Below are positions 1-8,736 of a DNA stretch of 57,054 nucleotides, one piece after another. The position numbers were made by a program, and so were the translations under genes. This stretch comes from a virus (Duplodnaviria > Caudoviricetes). The stretch spans positions 1-57,054 of the IMG/VR virus record IMGVR_UViG_3300048855_000050; one strand, written 5' to 3'. Under the pieces are notes generated by a model, which worked only from the letters and a program-made list of their open reading frames with translations, did not search any database and was not told where the DNA came from. The first letter of the stretch is position 1; every line of letters begins with the position of its first letter.

Positions 1-30
1 TCGAGTGTTCGAATCACTCCGTCCCGACCA
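1..30 (+). tRNA. 3' end of tRNA-Pro (T-arm, acceptor strand, CCA); left att site of the prophage
   Basis: GAGTG-TTCGAAT-CACTC T-arm followed by CGTCCCGA-CCA; the ..CCGA-CCA end is typical of tRNA-Pro. Anticodon lies outside the window. Confidence 0.85.
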
Positions 31-39
31 TATTTTGTA

Positions 40-76
40 AAGGGAATCAGCCACTTACCGGTTTGATTCCCTTTTT
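40..76 (+). terminator. Intrinsic terminator after tRNA
   Basis: AGGGAATCAG...TTGATTCCCT stem followed by T run. Confidence 0.65.
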
Positions 77-88
77 CATTTTTGGCTT

Positions 89-119
89 GCGCAAAACCCG
101 CGCAAAACTGGCGCAAAAC
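89..119 (+). repeat. Three GCGCAAAAC direct repeats, probable integrase arm-type sites
   Basis: Copies at 89, 100 and 111 (11-bp period) between att core and integrase stop. Confidence 0.65.
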
Positions 120-1234
120 TATCCGGCGATTTCGCTGATGTCGAGGTCAGGAACGGCCTCCGACCAGATCACCTCGGCGTGCTCCTTCTGGTAGTTTTTG
201 GTCATCCCCTCGCTGGCGTGCCCGGCGATTTTCTGCCCATCTTTTCCGGCTTTCTTGTACAGGTGCAGCGACAGTGCCCTGACTTCGTGGAAGCCTGGCA
301 TCTCTTCTTCCTTCCATCCTTTGTAGCAATCCGCCGCCTCCCTGGCGTCCTTGAATGCGCGCGTCAGGTAACGTTCCTCAACCTTGGTCCAGTGCTCTTT
401 GGTCTCGGCCTGCTTTTGCCGCTTACGATCAGGTCTGCGGTGCACCAGGAATGGGGAAACCACGTTGTCACGGCAATGGCTAATCACGCGCTGCAGCTCC
501 GGTGTCACTCTGAACCTTATCCACGCCGCGTCACTGGCTTTCGAAGTCTTCTGCTGCACCACGTAGAGATAGCCGTCCTTCACGTCTTCGAACTTCATCG
601 CGAGGATATCGGTGCGTCGCTGCGCAGTAATCAGCGCCAGGTCGATCGCGTTTTGCAGCCAGGCGGGTGCCTTCTCCCGAATAGCCTTGAGGCCGTCCAC
701 CGTATGCCGTTTGCGGGTTTTCTTCTCGATGCGGTTGATTGTGCTCGCCGCAGGATTGTCGGTGCACAGCCCCTTGGCCGCTGCGTGGTTGAAAATGTCG
801 ATCAGCAGCGCCCGGCACTGGTTGGCCGTGCGCGGCGTCAACAGGTCGAGCATTTGAGCGATCATGCGGATGGAAATTTGATCGACAGCCTTCCCTTCAA
901 ACTCGCGTCGGAACCTTCGGAAATGCACGGCGTAAAGCCCGAGCGTGCCCTTCGACAGCTCGCGCGGCGGCAGCACATTCCTCTCGTAATCATCCAGGAA
1001 GGCGGTAAACAGCTCGGCTGATTCACCCAGTACCACGCCGACCAGGTCGGCGCCCTGCATAAATGCCAAGTTCAGTTGCTTGGCCGCATCCACAGCCTTG
1101 ACCCGGTCGTAGCCGAACTGAAACCACTTCCCATCAGTCGGGCGCCGGTACCGGTATGTGCCGCGCCGGTCATCCAAGTAAAGGTTCTGCGGCAAGCCTT
1201 TGTTCGACTTGTTGCGCGGCCGTGGGACCATCAT
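119..1234 (-). CDS. int: Phage integrase (lambda-type tyrosine recombinase)
   Basis: N-terminal arm domain (LPQNLY..YRYRRP); catalytic TAQR, QQKT, FHEVR, AGH, TKNY; adjacent to tRNA. Confidence 0.95.
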   Translation of the reverse strand: MMVPRPRNKSNKGLPQNLYLDDRRGTYRYRRPTDGKWFQFGYDRVKAVDAAKQLNLAFMQGADLVGVVLGESAELFTAFLDDYERNVLPPRELSKGTLGLYAVHFRRFRREFEGKAVDQISIRMIAQMLDLLTPRTANQCRALLIDIFNHAAAKGLCTDNPAASTINRIEKKTRKRHTVDGLKAIREKAPAWLQNAIDLALITAQRRTDILAMKFEDVKDGYLYVVQQKTSKASDAAWIRFRVTPELQRVISHCRDNVVSPFLVHRRPDRKRQKQAETKEHWTKVEERYLTRAFKDAREAADCYKGWKEEEMPGFHEVRALSLHLYKKAGKDGQKIAGHASEGMTKNYQKEHAEVIWSEAVPDLDISEIAG

Positions 1235-1443
1235 GCAGCTCCTTTCAATACCATCGCGACGAGATCGTTGCCGGCGGCTTTGTTGAATGCCGCCCAGTCG
1301 ATATACCAGAGTTTGCCGATCTGCTCGCCTGGAAGCTTACCGTCTCGGATGTAGTTGCGGATTGCCTGGGGGCAGGGCGGTGTCCCATTTTCTCCCCAGC
1401 GTCGGCGCTGAAATTCGCTGATCTTTATTAGTTCACGCTTCAT
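1231..1443 (-). CDS. Excisionase-like winged-helix protein (70 aa)
   Basis: MKRELIKISEF..AIRNYIRDGKLPGEQIGKLWYI; overlaps int start. Confidence 0.75.
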   Translation of the reverse strand: MKRELIKISEFQRRRWGENGTPPCPQAIRNYIRDGKLPGEQIGKLWYIDWAAFNKAAGNDLVAMVLKGAA

Positions 1444-1468
1444 GGGATACCTCTTCCCCGTCCGGGGT

Positions 1469-1852
1469 CTATGCGGGGTTGAGTGGGAAATATTCGGTGT
1501 CGTATTCAAGCTGGGTAACGCGTTGCGGGTAGATGGTTGGCACCGCTCGCTTGAATTCGATAACCGAGTTCGGGCCACCTTTAAAGTGCTTTGCCTCGCC
1601 GACAAATGCCGCCTTGAATATCCGCAATAAGTGATCAGCAGCCTTCTCGTAATCCTCCTCGCGGTACCACGCATCAACGACGATCCCGTCATATACAGCC
1701 CATACGGTTCTTTTTGGCTGCTGCTCAGCAGTGGCGATCTTTTCGTCCATCTGCTGACGGGCGTAAAGAAGTTGGTCAAGTGTGAGGTGCTTGATCCATT
1801 CGTCAGCGCTGACCCGCATGGCGTGGCCGTATTCGCATTTTATTTCGGGCAT
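1469..1852 (-). CDS. Hypothetical phage protein
   Basis: 127-aa ORF with GAGGAG SD in early left operon. Confidence 0.65.
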   Translation of the reverse strand: MPEIKCEYGHAMRVSADEWIKHLTLDQLLYARQQMDEKIATAEQQPKRTVWAVYDGIVVDAWYREEDYEKAADHLLRIFKAAFVGEAKHFKGGPNSVIEFKRAVPTIYPQRVTQLEYDTEYFPLNPA

Positions 1853-2005
1853 ACGAATCTCCTCGCCCGCCGTACACCGGCAGGCATGTGGATAGATGGG
1901 GAGGGGGTTAGGCCTTCATTCGACGGCAAATGCCTACCGCCGATCAGTGCTGTAAGGGAATATGCAATGAAGCACTAAAAGAGCAGTCCCAATTATCCCT
2001 TCACT

Positions 2006-2224
2006 TTGAGCAAAAATATGTTTGCCTCAGATATGAACTCGGAAAACAGCGAATACCTGCTTAATGAGCTCAACCTGGCCACAACAGAGCTAATGTCGAT
2101 CGGCAGCACGTCCTTCGGTGGTGCGAGATGGCAAGTAGCGCATCGTCGTCAGCAGGCCGCATTTGGCATGTGGCTCCGTCATATCAGAAAAGATCCTGTG
2201 TTTCAGAGCAGGTCGAGCATCTAG
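2006..2224 (+). CDS. Small hypothetical protein, paralogue of 8481..8687 (start may be 2018 or 2033)
   Basis: Fills gap on opposite strand; shares G..W..A..RQQ.A...W.R motif. Confidence 0.55.
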   Translation: MSKNMFASDMNSENSEYLLNELNLATTELMSIGSTSFGGARWQVAHRRQQAAFGMWLRHIRKDPVFQSRSSI

Positions 2225-2571
2225 CCAATCTGACCGAAGCGGGAGCCGCGGCGCGACTTGGCGAGTTCCACCTGGAGGTCATTGGCAAGCTGATCGGCGA
2301 TATTCAGGCGCTGCTGTAGGGCTGACACCTCAGCCTGGAGGCGACTGGCGTGGGCGCGGTCGACCAGCTCCGTACCGGTCTCGATCTTGCGAGCGAACGG
2401 AAAGTCACCGTTGCCGATTTCCAGCATGACAGTCCTGTTCTGGCTGTCGTATCCGGCACCCATGACACGGCCCAGCACTTCCACATTGCCAGCAGGCGGC
2501 ACAGTTTCACCGCGACAATGCGCCAGGCGCTCTGCAGGACAATCGCTCAAACGCTTTGCTTGATTGCTCAT
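2221..2571 (-). CDS. Hypothetical phage protein with C-terminal coiled coil
   Basis: 116 aa, ATGA-coupled to upstream gene. Confidence 0.65.
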   Translation of the reverse strand: MSNQAKRLSDCPAERLAHCRGETVPPAGNVEVLGRVMGAGYDSQNRTVMLEIGNGDFPFARKIETGTELVDRAHASRLQAEVSALQQRLNIADQLANDLQVELAKSRRGSRFGQIG

Positions 2572-2885
2572 AACCCCTCCTGCGGCGAAACGATGCCGCT
2601 TGCCTGAATGACAGCCATTTTCAGATGGCCGGCAAGTTCGATTTCGACGGTGGCACCGCGCGAGGCCTGCCAGCCTGGCAGGAACGCCACGGTGTCACAT
2701 GTGAGCATCTGGCGGGTCGCGTCACGCATGCACATGTGCCAGGGCGCGTCGGCGGGTAGCGGGTTCTCGGCAGGATTCTCGACGGTGTAACCAAGTGCGC
2801 GGAGGCGGGCGGCCTCTGCATTGAATGCGGGGTAGTTGTAATCGGGCAGGCCCGTCATGGGCCCACTGAGGTAGATGCGTTGCAT
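2568..2885 (-). CDS. DUF4406-like protein (nucleoside deoxyribosyltransferase-like fold)
   Basis: IYLSGPMTGLPDYNYPAF..NPAE..LPGWQASRGATVE. Confidence 0.85.
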   Translation of the reverse strand: MQRIYLSGPMTGLPDYNYPAFNAEAARLRALGYTVENPAENPLPADAPWHMCMRDATRQMLTCDTVAFLPGWQASRGATVEIELAGHLKMAVIQASGIVSPQEGL

Positions 2886-2903
2886 GGTGGGCGCCTCGTT
2901 GCG

Positions 2904-3146
2904 TTACTGGATGGCGGTGCGTGCTGGCGCTGGCAGAGAGCTGTCCGACTCGATGAAACCGGTCGACTTCGCGTTGCCATCCATCGCGGAGATGAACATC
3001 ACTTCCACCTTCGCTGAGTCGACGAGCACCTTTGCGACGTCGGCGACTGCCTTAGCGCGTTCAATTTCCATCGGTTTGTCAGGGTCTTGTAGCGCTTCCA
3101 GCGTGGCGAACAGGTGGTTACGCAAATCAGTCATCTTGTTTTTCAC
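2904..3146 (-). CDS. Hypothetical protein coupled to the HNH gene
   Basis: 80 aa, overlaps the end of 3127..3852. Confidence 0.7.
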   Translation of the reverse strand: MKNKMTDLRNHLFATLEALQDPDKPMEIERAKAVADVAKVLVDSAKVEVMFISAMDGNAKSTGFIESDSSLPAPARTAIQ

Positions 3147-3852
3147 GGGAAACCTCGCTGATTGCTCGCTTGAGCCGGCCGAGCTGGCGGATGGTGTCTT
3201 TGAGCTCTGGCGGGTACCGATGGATAGTGTTGCGGCGCATGTTTTCAGCGCGCGTCACCAGCTCCAGGTTGCCAACCTCAATGTTCTGAGTGTTTCGATC
3301 TTTGAAAACTACGATGTGACCGGCTGGCACTGGGGCGTGCGCTTCCTCCCACAGGATCATGTGCACCGACTTCCAGCGCCGCTGCGGTGGCCCATCGTCC
3401 CGGACCTTACGCTGGCGTATGCCATCCTTGGTCACTCGCTCTGTCCCGATCGGCATGTGCAGTTGCGCCGCTCTGCCGTTCAGGGTGCCCGCCTTAAACT
3501 GCGTTTCTGCTGACCGTCCGCCTGAGTGAAAGCTGATGCCCTTGTTCCAGGAAGAGTGGCCTTTCTGAAACCTTGATCCGACGCCCGGGTTATTGGCGCG
3601 TCGAAGCCTGCAAGCGTGCTCGCTGGCAAGATATGCATCGCTTCTTTTCAGCCCGAGGGCGAATGCTTTGTTGTAGATCGACCAGTGAGGCCGTCCGAAA
3701 GCATCTGCCATTACCGGCATAGGCGTATCCGGATACAGGTCGCGCAGCTCGGCCACCTCCTGGGAAGTCCATAGCCTGCGGCGCTTTGCGGGCGGGGTAG
3801 CTGCCTGCCGCGCTCTCGCATTTTCGAGAGCGCGCATCGCAATTGGATTCAT
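3127..3852 (-). CDS. HNH endonuclease
   Basis: VHMILWEEAH..VVFKDRNTQN..NLELVTRAENMRRN, HNH_3-type motif. Confidence 0.85.
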   Translation of the reverse strand: MNPIAMRALENARARQAATPPAKRRRLWTSQEVAELRDLYPDTPMPVMADAFGRPHWSIYNKAFALGLKRSDAYLASEHACRLRRANNPGVGSRFQKGHSSWNKGISFHSGGRSAETQFKAGTLNGRAAQLHMPIGTERVTKDGIRQRKVRDDGPPQRRWKSVHMILWEEAHAPVPAGHIVVFKDRNTQNIEVGNLELVTRAENMRRNTIHRYPPELKDTIRQLGRLKRAISEVSREKQDD

Positions 3853-3900
3853 GCTGATCCTCGCGGGTGGCGTGATTCAGATTTAGAAAGGGGGCGAAGG

Positions 3901-6054
3901 TCAGGCCGCTACGGCTTGGTGTTGCGTAGCGCGCCACGGGTCGTTGGCCCGGGCGAGTGCGGCCATCGGCGGAGGGCTTACGCTGTTGCCGCACATGTGG
4001 ACCTGCTCGGTCTTCGTGAACGGCTTGCCATCGGCGCCGTGCGTGATGATGTAATCCGTCGGGAAGCCCTGCGCCCGGTACAGCTCAGCCGGTTGCAGCA
4101 TCCGCAGCCGGATGTCGACGATCACGTACGGCGTGCCCTTCACCATCACGGTGACCAGGCCGAGGCGATCCTTTGTGGTGATCGTCGGCGCGGGCTGGTC
4201 GCAGCCGCTCATGTTCTCGGTGCCGTAGTAGCTGATCAGGAAAGCAGCAACGCGCAGCGCTCCTTCTTCGTGCTCGGGTGAAAGTTCGAAGCTGACCAAC
4301 GAGCTCTTGCCTCCGCCGCCCGCCGTGATTGTGGGAGCTGGCTCATCCAGGTCCTGGCCGACGCTGGCGCCAAATTGGCGCTCCATGAAAGCGGTGACCA
4401 GCCCGTGGTGTGTCCCTCCGGCGCTAACCGTGTGAAGCGGGTCGGCAGAATCACGGGCGTCGCAGTTGCCGCGCAGGTGCAGAAGATGCGCAGTGGCGAG
4501 CATGTGGTGCTGCCCGGTCGTAAGCGTCGGCACCGGCCCCTCGATATCGGACGGGGCATGGCCGGTTGTGTTGGTGACGAGCGTTGCCGTCACCAACTGC
4601 TGCTGACTGCCGGTGTTCGTCACCGTGGTCATCGGATCTTCGAGGCTTTTAGCCGCGGTGGTGTTGAAGCCGCCGTTCATCTGGGCCATGAATGCCGTGG
4701 CGATACCCATGGCGTGCGCGGCGCCAGCCGGGCGCTGGAAATTACCGCCGCTTGTGATGGTCGGCAGCGGTTCGTCCAGCGGTTTGTCTTCATCGTCAAA
4801 CCTGAACTTCACCAGGTGCGCGGCAGCGAGGGCATGTTTCACGCCGCCGGCGACGACCGTCCCAAGCGGCTGATCGACTCCCGGCACTCGCGGCTCTTGC
4901 CCCGGGCGCTCGCCGTAGCCTGACTGAATCAGCGTGGGGCTGATCAGCGTCAGTTCGCCGCGGTTGGCGCACGTCACTGTCGGCAGCGGCTCAAGTGGAT
5001 CGTTGATACGGTCGCTGCCCTGATGCGTGGCTGGTGCAATCACCGGGCTGACAACTGAGAAGGCTCCGCCTCTCGGATAGGAAGTGACGGTGCGCAGCGG
5101 CTGATTGGCTGACTGCACCGTTTCGCCTGACCAGTTGGCAATCGGCACGATGAAGGGCGCCGGATTGTCGATGACGAACTTCTTCATACCTTTCGCTACG
5201 CGCCGCAGCGTGGCGGGGGCCAGGTCTTTCTTGCGGCCAAAAATGCTTTTGCCCAGATCGGAGAAATCAATGCACTCCGCGGCGGTGCGCCAGGGCTTTT
5301 GCCCCTTGGCCGGCTTCTTGGCGTGGGTCGGCTCCGGCCAGACAATCGGCTGCCCATCGCAGCGGGCAAGCATGAATAGTCGCTCCCGGCTGGTGGGCGC
5401 GCCGAAGTCACACGCCCTGATCACCTTCCATTCGACGACGTAGCCCATGCCTTCGAGAAGGGCAACGAATCGGCGCCACGTGCGCCCGCGCTGCTTCGGA
5501 TCTGGAATCAGGAACTGCTGGTCTACCGGCACGACCTCATCAGGTGCGGCGATCGCGCCACCCAGCTTGATGACGCGACCGGTCGCTTTATCTCGCTTCG
5601 CGATCAGCCGCCCCCATTGCAGGATCTGCTTCACGTTTTCCAGGCTGATGACTCGAGGCTTCTTCTTGCCTGCCCACTTCAGACCGATCCATGACAGGTT
5701 GCGGATCTCGCGCTTGCGCGGTTGCCCGCCGGCCGCCTGGCTGTGGTGGGTGCAGTCCGGCGACATGTGGAACCATCCCACCGCCTTGCCGCCACACTCA
5801 GTGTCCGGATCGCCGTCGAAGACGTCGGTGGTGAAGTGCTTGGCGCCCGGGTGGTTGATGGTGTGCATGCTGATCGCCTTGGCGCTGTGGTTCTTCGCCA
5901 CGCTGACCTTGCGACCGAGCCCGATTTCCAGCCCGGTACCGGCGCCGCCACCGCCGCAGAAGAAGTCCACGACGATCTCATCGTCTTGCGGATCGAAGCC
6001 AAGGCCGTACTGCGTTTTGAAATCGAAGGAGTGTTTCTTCTGATGTGCGGACAT
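3901..6054 (-). CDS. DNA cytosine-5 methyltransferase
   Basis: Motifs DFFCGGGG, SPDC, LENV, TSRERLF, ELYRAQGFP, CGNSV. Confidence 0.95.
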   Translation of the reverse strand: MSAHQKKHSFDFKTQYGLGFDPQDDEIVVDFFCGGGGAGTGLEIGLGRKVSVAKNHSAKAISMHTINHPGAKHFTTDVFDGDPDTECGGKAVGWFHMSPDCTHHSQAAGGQPRKREIRNLSWIGLKWAGKKKPRVISLENVKQILQWGRLIAKRDKATGRVIKLGGAIAAPDEVVPVDQQFLIPDPKQRGRTWRRFVALLEGMGYVVEWKVIRACDFGAPTSRERLFMLARCDGQPIVWPEPTHAKKPAKGQKPWRTAAECIDFSDLGKSIFGRKKDLAPATLRRVAKGMKKFVIDNPAPFIVPIANWSGETVQSANQPLRTVTSYPRGGAFSVVSPVIAPATHQGSDRINDPLEPLPTVTCANRGELTLISPTLIQSGYGERPGQEPRVPGVDQPLGTVVAGGVKHALAAAHLVKFRFDDEDKPLDEPLPTITSGGNFQRPAGAAHAMGIATAFMAQMNGGFNTTAAKSLEDPMTTVTNTGSQQQLVTATLVTNTTGHAPSDIEGPVPTLTTGQHHMLATAHLLHLRGNCDARDSADPLHTVSAGGTHHGLVTAFMERQFGASVGQDLDEPAPTITAGGGGKSSLVSFELSPEHEEGALRVAAFLISYYGTENMSGCDQPAPTITTKDRLGLVTVMVKGTPYVIVDIRLRMLQPAELYRAQGFPTDYIITHGADGKPFTKTEQVHMCGNSVSPPPMAALARANDPWRATQHQAVAA

Positions 6055-6102
6055 GTGAAGCTCCTCGCCAAAATTGGCGTTCGGAAATCTAGGGAGAAGT
6101 TA

Positions 6103-6630
6103 ATGGCGAAGCGGAAGATTTATTCGCAGGGCGAATTCGATGGGGCTTGTTTTCTTTACAGCGTTGCGAATGCGATACGCGCTGTCACAGGAAAGGGAAT
6201 TTCCCGAGCGGATTGGCAACGAGCGGTAAGCGGCATGCCGTTCGAAACCACAGAGTTTCTTGACGGTTTCGGCACGGGAAAACTTGATAGATTTCCGGAT
6301 GCGCTCTCAGTCTTCGCAGGTTCATTTGCGCGAAGCCTTCGATCAACTGTGGCTATAGAAACATTGCCTAGGCTCACAATTGGCGATATCACGGCTGGAG
6401 TAAGCTCAGGCAAGGTCGCTATTGCGTCCATTGACGCTGGCGACCATTGGCTGGTCATACTTGACGTCGTAGACGGGGTGGCCTTCTGCGCGTGCTCTTG
6501 GGAAGTCAACTCAGGTAGAGCCACCTATGACGAGCTTCCAACTGACAATGGGCATATCTACAACCTAGAACGGCCGGTCGCAGACCTGAAGCTTTGGAAA
6601 GGGCCCGGGTTTCTCTTGCATCGCACCTAA
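6103..6630 (+). CDS. Papain-like (C39-like) cysteine peptidase fold protein, 175 aa
   Basis: SQGEFDGACFLYSVAN (Q..C) and GDHWLVILD (H); GGAG SD before ATG 6103. Confidence 0.65.
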   Translation: MAKRKIYSQGEFDGACFLYSVANAIRAVTGKGISRADWQRAVSGMPFETTEFLDGFGTGKLDRFPDALSVFAGSFARSLRSTVAIETLPRLTIGDITAGVSSGKVAIASIDAGDHWLVILDVVDGVAFCACSWEVNSGRATYDELPTDNGHIYNLERPVADLKLWKGPGFLLHRT

Positions 6631-6698
6631 TCAGTGAACTGAGCGGCCCGTAGCTCGGGGTCAACGCGAGCCCCTGGTAGGGCTCGCGTCTTACTCAG

Positions 6699-6800
6699 TT
6701 AAAGGATGCCGAATTTGATCTGAATACACTTCAGGGCGATGGCGCCCCAAAACAGGCCAGCGGAGAAAACTTCGGTAGAGGTGTATTCGTGGTTACGCAT
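6699..6800 (-). CDS. Putative 33-aa hydrophobic peptide
   Basis: MRNHEYTSTEVFSAGLFWGAIALKCIQIKFGIL; GAG upstream, GC hairpin downstream. Confidence 0.4.
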   Translation of the reverse strand: MRNHEYTSTEVFSAGLFWGAIALKCIQIKFGIL

Positions 6801-6905
6801 ATGTCATCTCACTATTGGGTAACAGGCGACATGCCTGCATCTTCATAGTGGTAAGCCCTAGGCCACCTTTTTCGGGGGTAGGGCATAGTTTTTTTGAAAT
6901 TAATT

Positions 6906-7763
6906 TCAATCTCCACAAAAGCACTCGATAGCCTCGCCGTGGTCGGCGAACATGTCGAATTGGGTGTCAGAATAGTCGAGCATCTGCTGATAGCTGGGTC
7001 GGTCGAAGCGGAACAGCGCGCCGTCACCGGTCACGCTGGTGCTGGACACAGCGGTTCGCTCCATGCGGGCCCACCATTCGGCCTTATTCCTGTCGCTGGC
7101 GATGATCGAGTAAACCTGCTTCGCGCCTTTCAAAAAGCACAGGTCGCAGTTTCCCTCAAGGGTCCGGCCATTGATGGTCGGTAGCCTCAAATCGAAAGGC
7201 TGAGATTTCCAGAATTCCGTTACGTCTTGAACTCCCACTCCGGCATCCGCCAGCGGCATCACCATAGTTGCGTGCTTGCTCTCGCTGGTGGTCTTGCGGT
7301 GCCGGATCTTCGCTACTCGCCTGGGCTCATCCGCGCGGATGCCGGTCATCATCTCCACCGGCGTATCTTCGGTGGAGCAGCCGACCATCCGCAGGTATTT
7401 GTGGATGACCCTGATCTTCAGATCGATGGTGCAGAACCTTGTGACCGGATTCGGCAAGTAGCTGCGTTTCCTGATCAGTTCCTCGAACGGCTGCCCGTTG
7501 CGGCTGGCGGTTTCGTAATTGACGATCGCGAATCCGCGCTCATCGTCCCGGTACTCAAGCCAAACGATCGGTACACCCCAGCGCTCGGAGCATTCCTGTA
7601 CGAAATCCAGAGTGGCGGGGTGCTCCTTGCCGGTGTTGGCGAACGTGACGATCAAATCGCCCAGGTCATCGTTGCTGTCCAGCACCTGGCGCAGCATGTA
7701 CGCGCTGGTCCGGCCGCCGGAAAAGCTGACGACCGTCGTCCCGGACATTCTGTAGGGTGACAT
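6906..7763 (-). CDS. PAPS reductase family (PP-loop) protein
   Basis: VSFSGGRTS PP-loop, FANTGKEH, RFCT, GIRADE, NCDLCFLK, C-terminal CFC. Confidence 0.9.
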   Translation of the reverse strand: MSPYRMSGTTVVSFSGGRTSAYMLRQVLDSNDDLGDLIVTFANTGKEHPATLDFVQECSERWGVPIVWLEYRDDERGFAIVNYETASRNGQPFEELIRKRSYLPNPVTRFCTIDLKIRVIHKYLRMVGCSTEDTPVEMMTGIRADEPRRVAKIRHRKTTSESKHATMVMPLADAGVGVQDVTEFWKSQPFDLRLPTINGRTLEGNCDLCFLKGAKQVYSIIASDRNKAEWWARMERTAVSSTSVTGDGALFRFDRPSYQQMLDYSDTQFDMFADHGEAIECFCGD

Positions 7764-7838
7764 GGCTAATCCTCGCCAGTGGCGTGATTGGTCGAAGTGG
7801 GGTATGTATCGACTCGCTGATGAGCCGACGGGGAATTT

Positions 7839-8111
7839 ATGGATATCGCAAACGCGCTTAACGTCGCGTCATTTGGGATCGGCCTGCTATCGGCGGGGCT
7901 TTGGATTAAGTCCGCAACGGTCAAGGTGGCGCCGCCGCCAGAGTTCGACGGCAAACCTGACGGGATGTACCACGGTTACATAATCGTCAAAGGCGCTGAT
8001 CTTGTTCCAACAATGGGGAGGCAATCCGCGTTGAATAGCGCCGCTGCGCTCGCGGCCGCTGCAACTGTGCTGCTTCAGATCGCTGCTAACGTTATGTCCC
8101 ACGGCTGCTGA
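7839..8111 (+). CDS. Small two-helix membrane protein
   Basis: Hydrophobic N- and C-terminal segments; opposite strand to operon. Confidence 0.55.
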   Translation: MDIANALNVASFGIGLLSAGLWIKSATVKVAPPPEFDGKPDGMYHGYIIVKGADLVPTMGRQSALNSAAALAAAATVLLQIAANVMSHGC

Positions 8112-8196
8112 TTCCCTACGCTGTTCGCGCATGGTTCGATTCCATGCGATGGGAAAAATGGCCTACGCTTACCGCTCCACAGGAAGGGATACGGTC

Positions 8197-8406
8197 ATGA
8201 TTTCAGATAGGACGAAAGCGCAGGGACTAGCACTGGCTTTGAAAGCAGTGCTCAACGTGGCGAAAAAGCGCGGGCTCGATCTGGATGAGTTAACAGAAGC
8301 CGCTGCTGACGAGCTACTCCAATACCGCGCCTATCAGTCCGAGCATGTGCCGATGGCTATCAATGAAATCGAGGCGGCAGTTGATGCGTTGCACGTAGAC
8401 CGCTAG
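8197..8406 (+). CDS. Small hypothetical protein, paralogue of 8737..8940
   Basis: ALKAVL..DLDELTEAA..IEAAVDAL; AGGAAGGG SD. Confidence 0.7.
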   Translation: MISDRTKAQGLALALKAVLNVAKKRGLDLDELTEAAADELLQYRAYQSEHVPMAINEIEAAVDALHVDR

Positions 8407-8480
8407 TCGTGCGCGAGCTCGAATGCGAAGATCTTTTTGACGGACCAAAACTCTACGGAGTGTCACAGGGAGATTCATGT

Positions 8481-8687
8481 ATGGCACCCGTCACGAAATT
8501 TATCAGCAAGCGCAGCCCTGAACTGTTCGCCGCGGCAGCGGAGCTTCGGCTTTCACTTCACGCGGTCCAGGATCTTGTCAGGCAGGGTATTACGAGTGGC
8601 TATGAGTGGAACCAGGCCGATGTCCGCCAGCAGGAGGCCACCGCCGAGTGGCGTCGTGCGCTGCGCAGGAACCGCGTTTCCCTCTGA
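8481..8687 (+). CDS. Small hypothetical protein, paralogue of 2006..2224
   Basis: GYEWNQADVRQQEATAEWRRAL; GGGAG SD. Confidence 0.6.
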   Translation: MAPVTKFISKRSPELFAAAAELRLSLHAVQDLVRQGITSGYEWNQADVRQQEATAEWRRALRRNRVSL

Positions 8688-8736
8688 TGGTGCGTTGTCA
8701 AGATTCCACTTTTATCGAAATGAAAGGACGTAAGTC

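Noticed and set aside
1444-1779. Extension of the xis ORF to 182 aa
   Set aside because: Overlaps 1469..1852 on the same strand; GAGG SD supports the start at 1443
3127-6054. HNH plus methylase as a type II restriction-modification system
   Set aside because: The HNH resembles free-standing phage HNH_3 proteins and lies in a lytic operon; nothing supports a restriction role
5722-6102. N-terminal extension of the 302-aa ORF
   Set aside because: Overlaps the methylase antisense; a better start with SD exists at 6103
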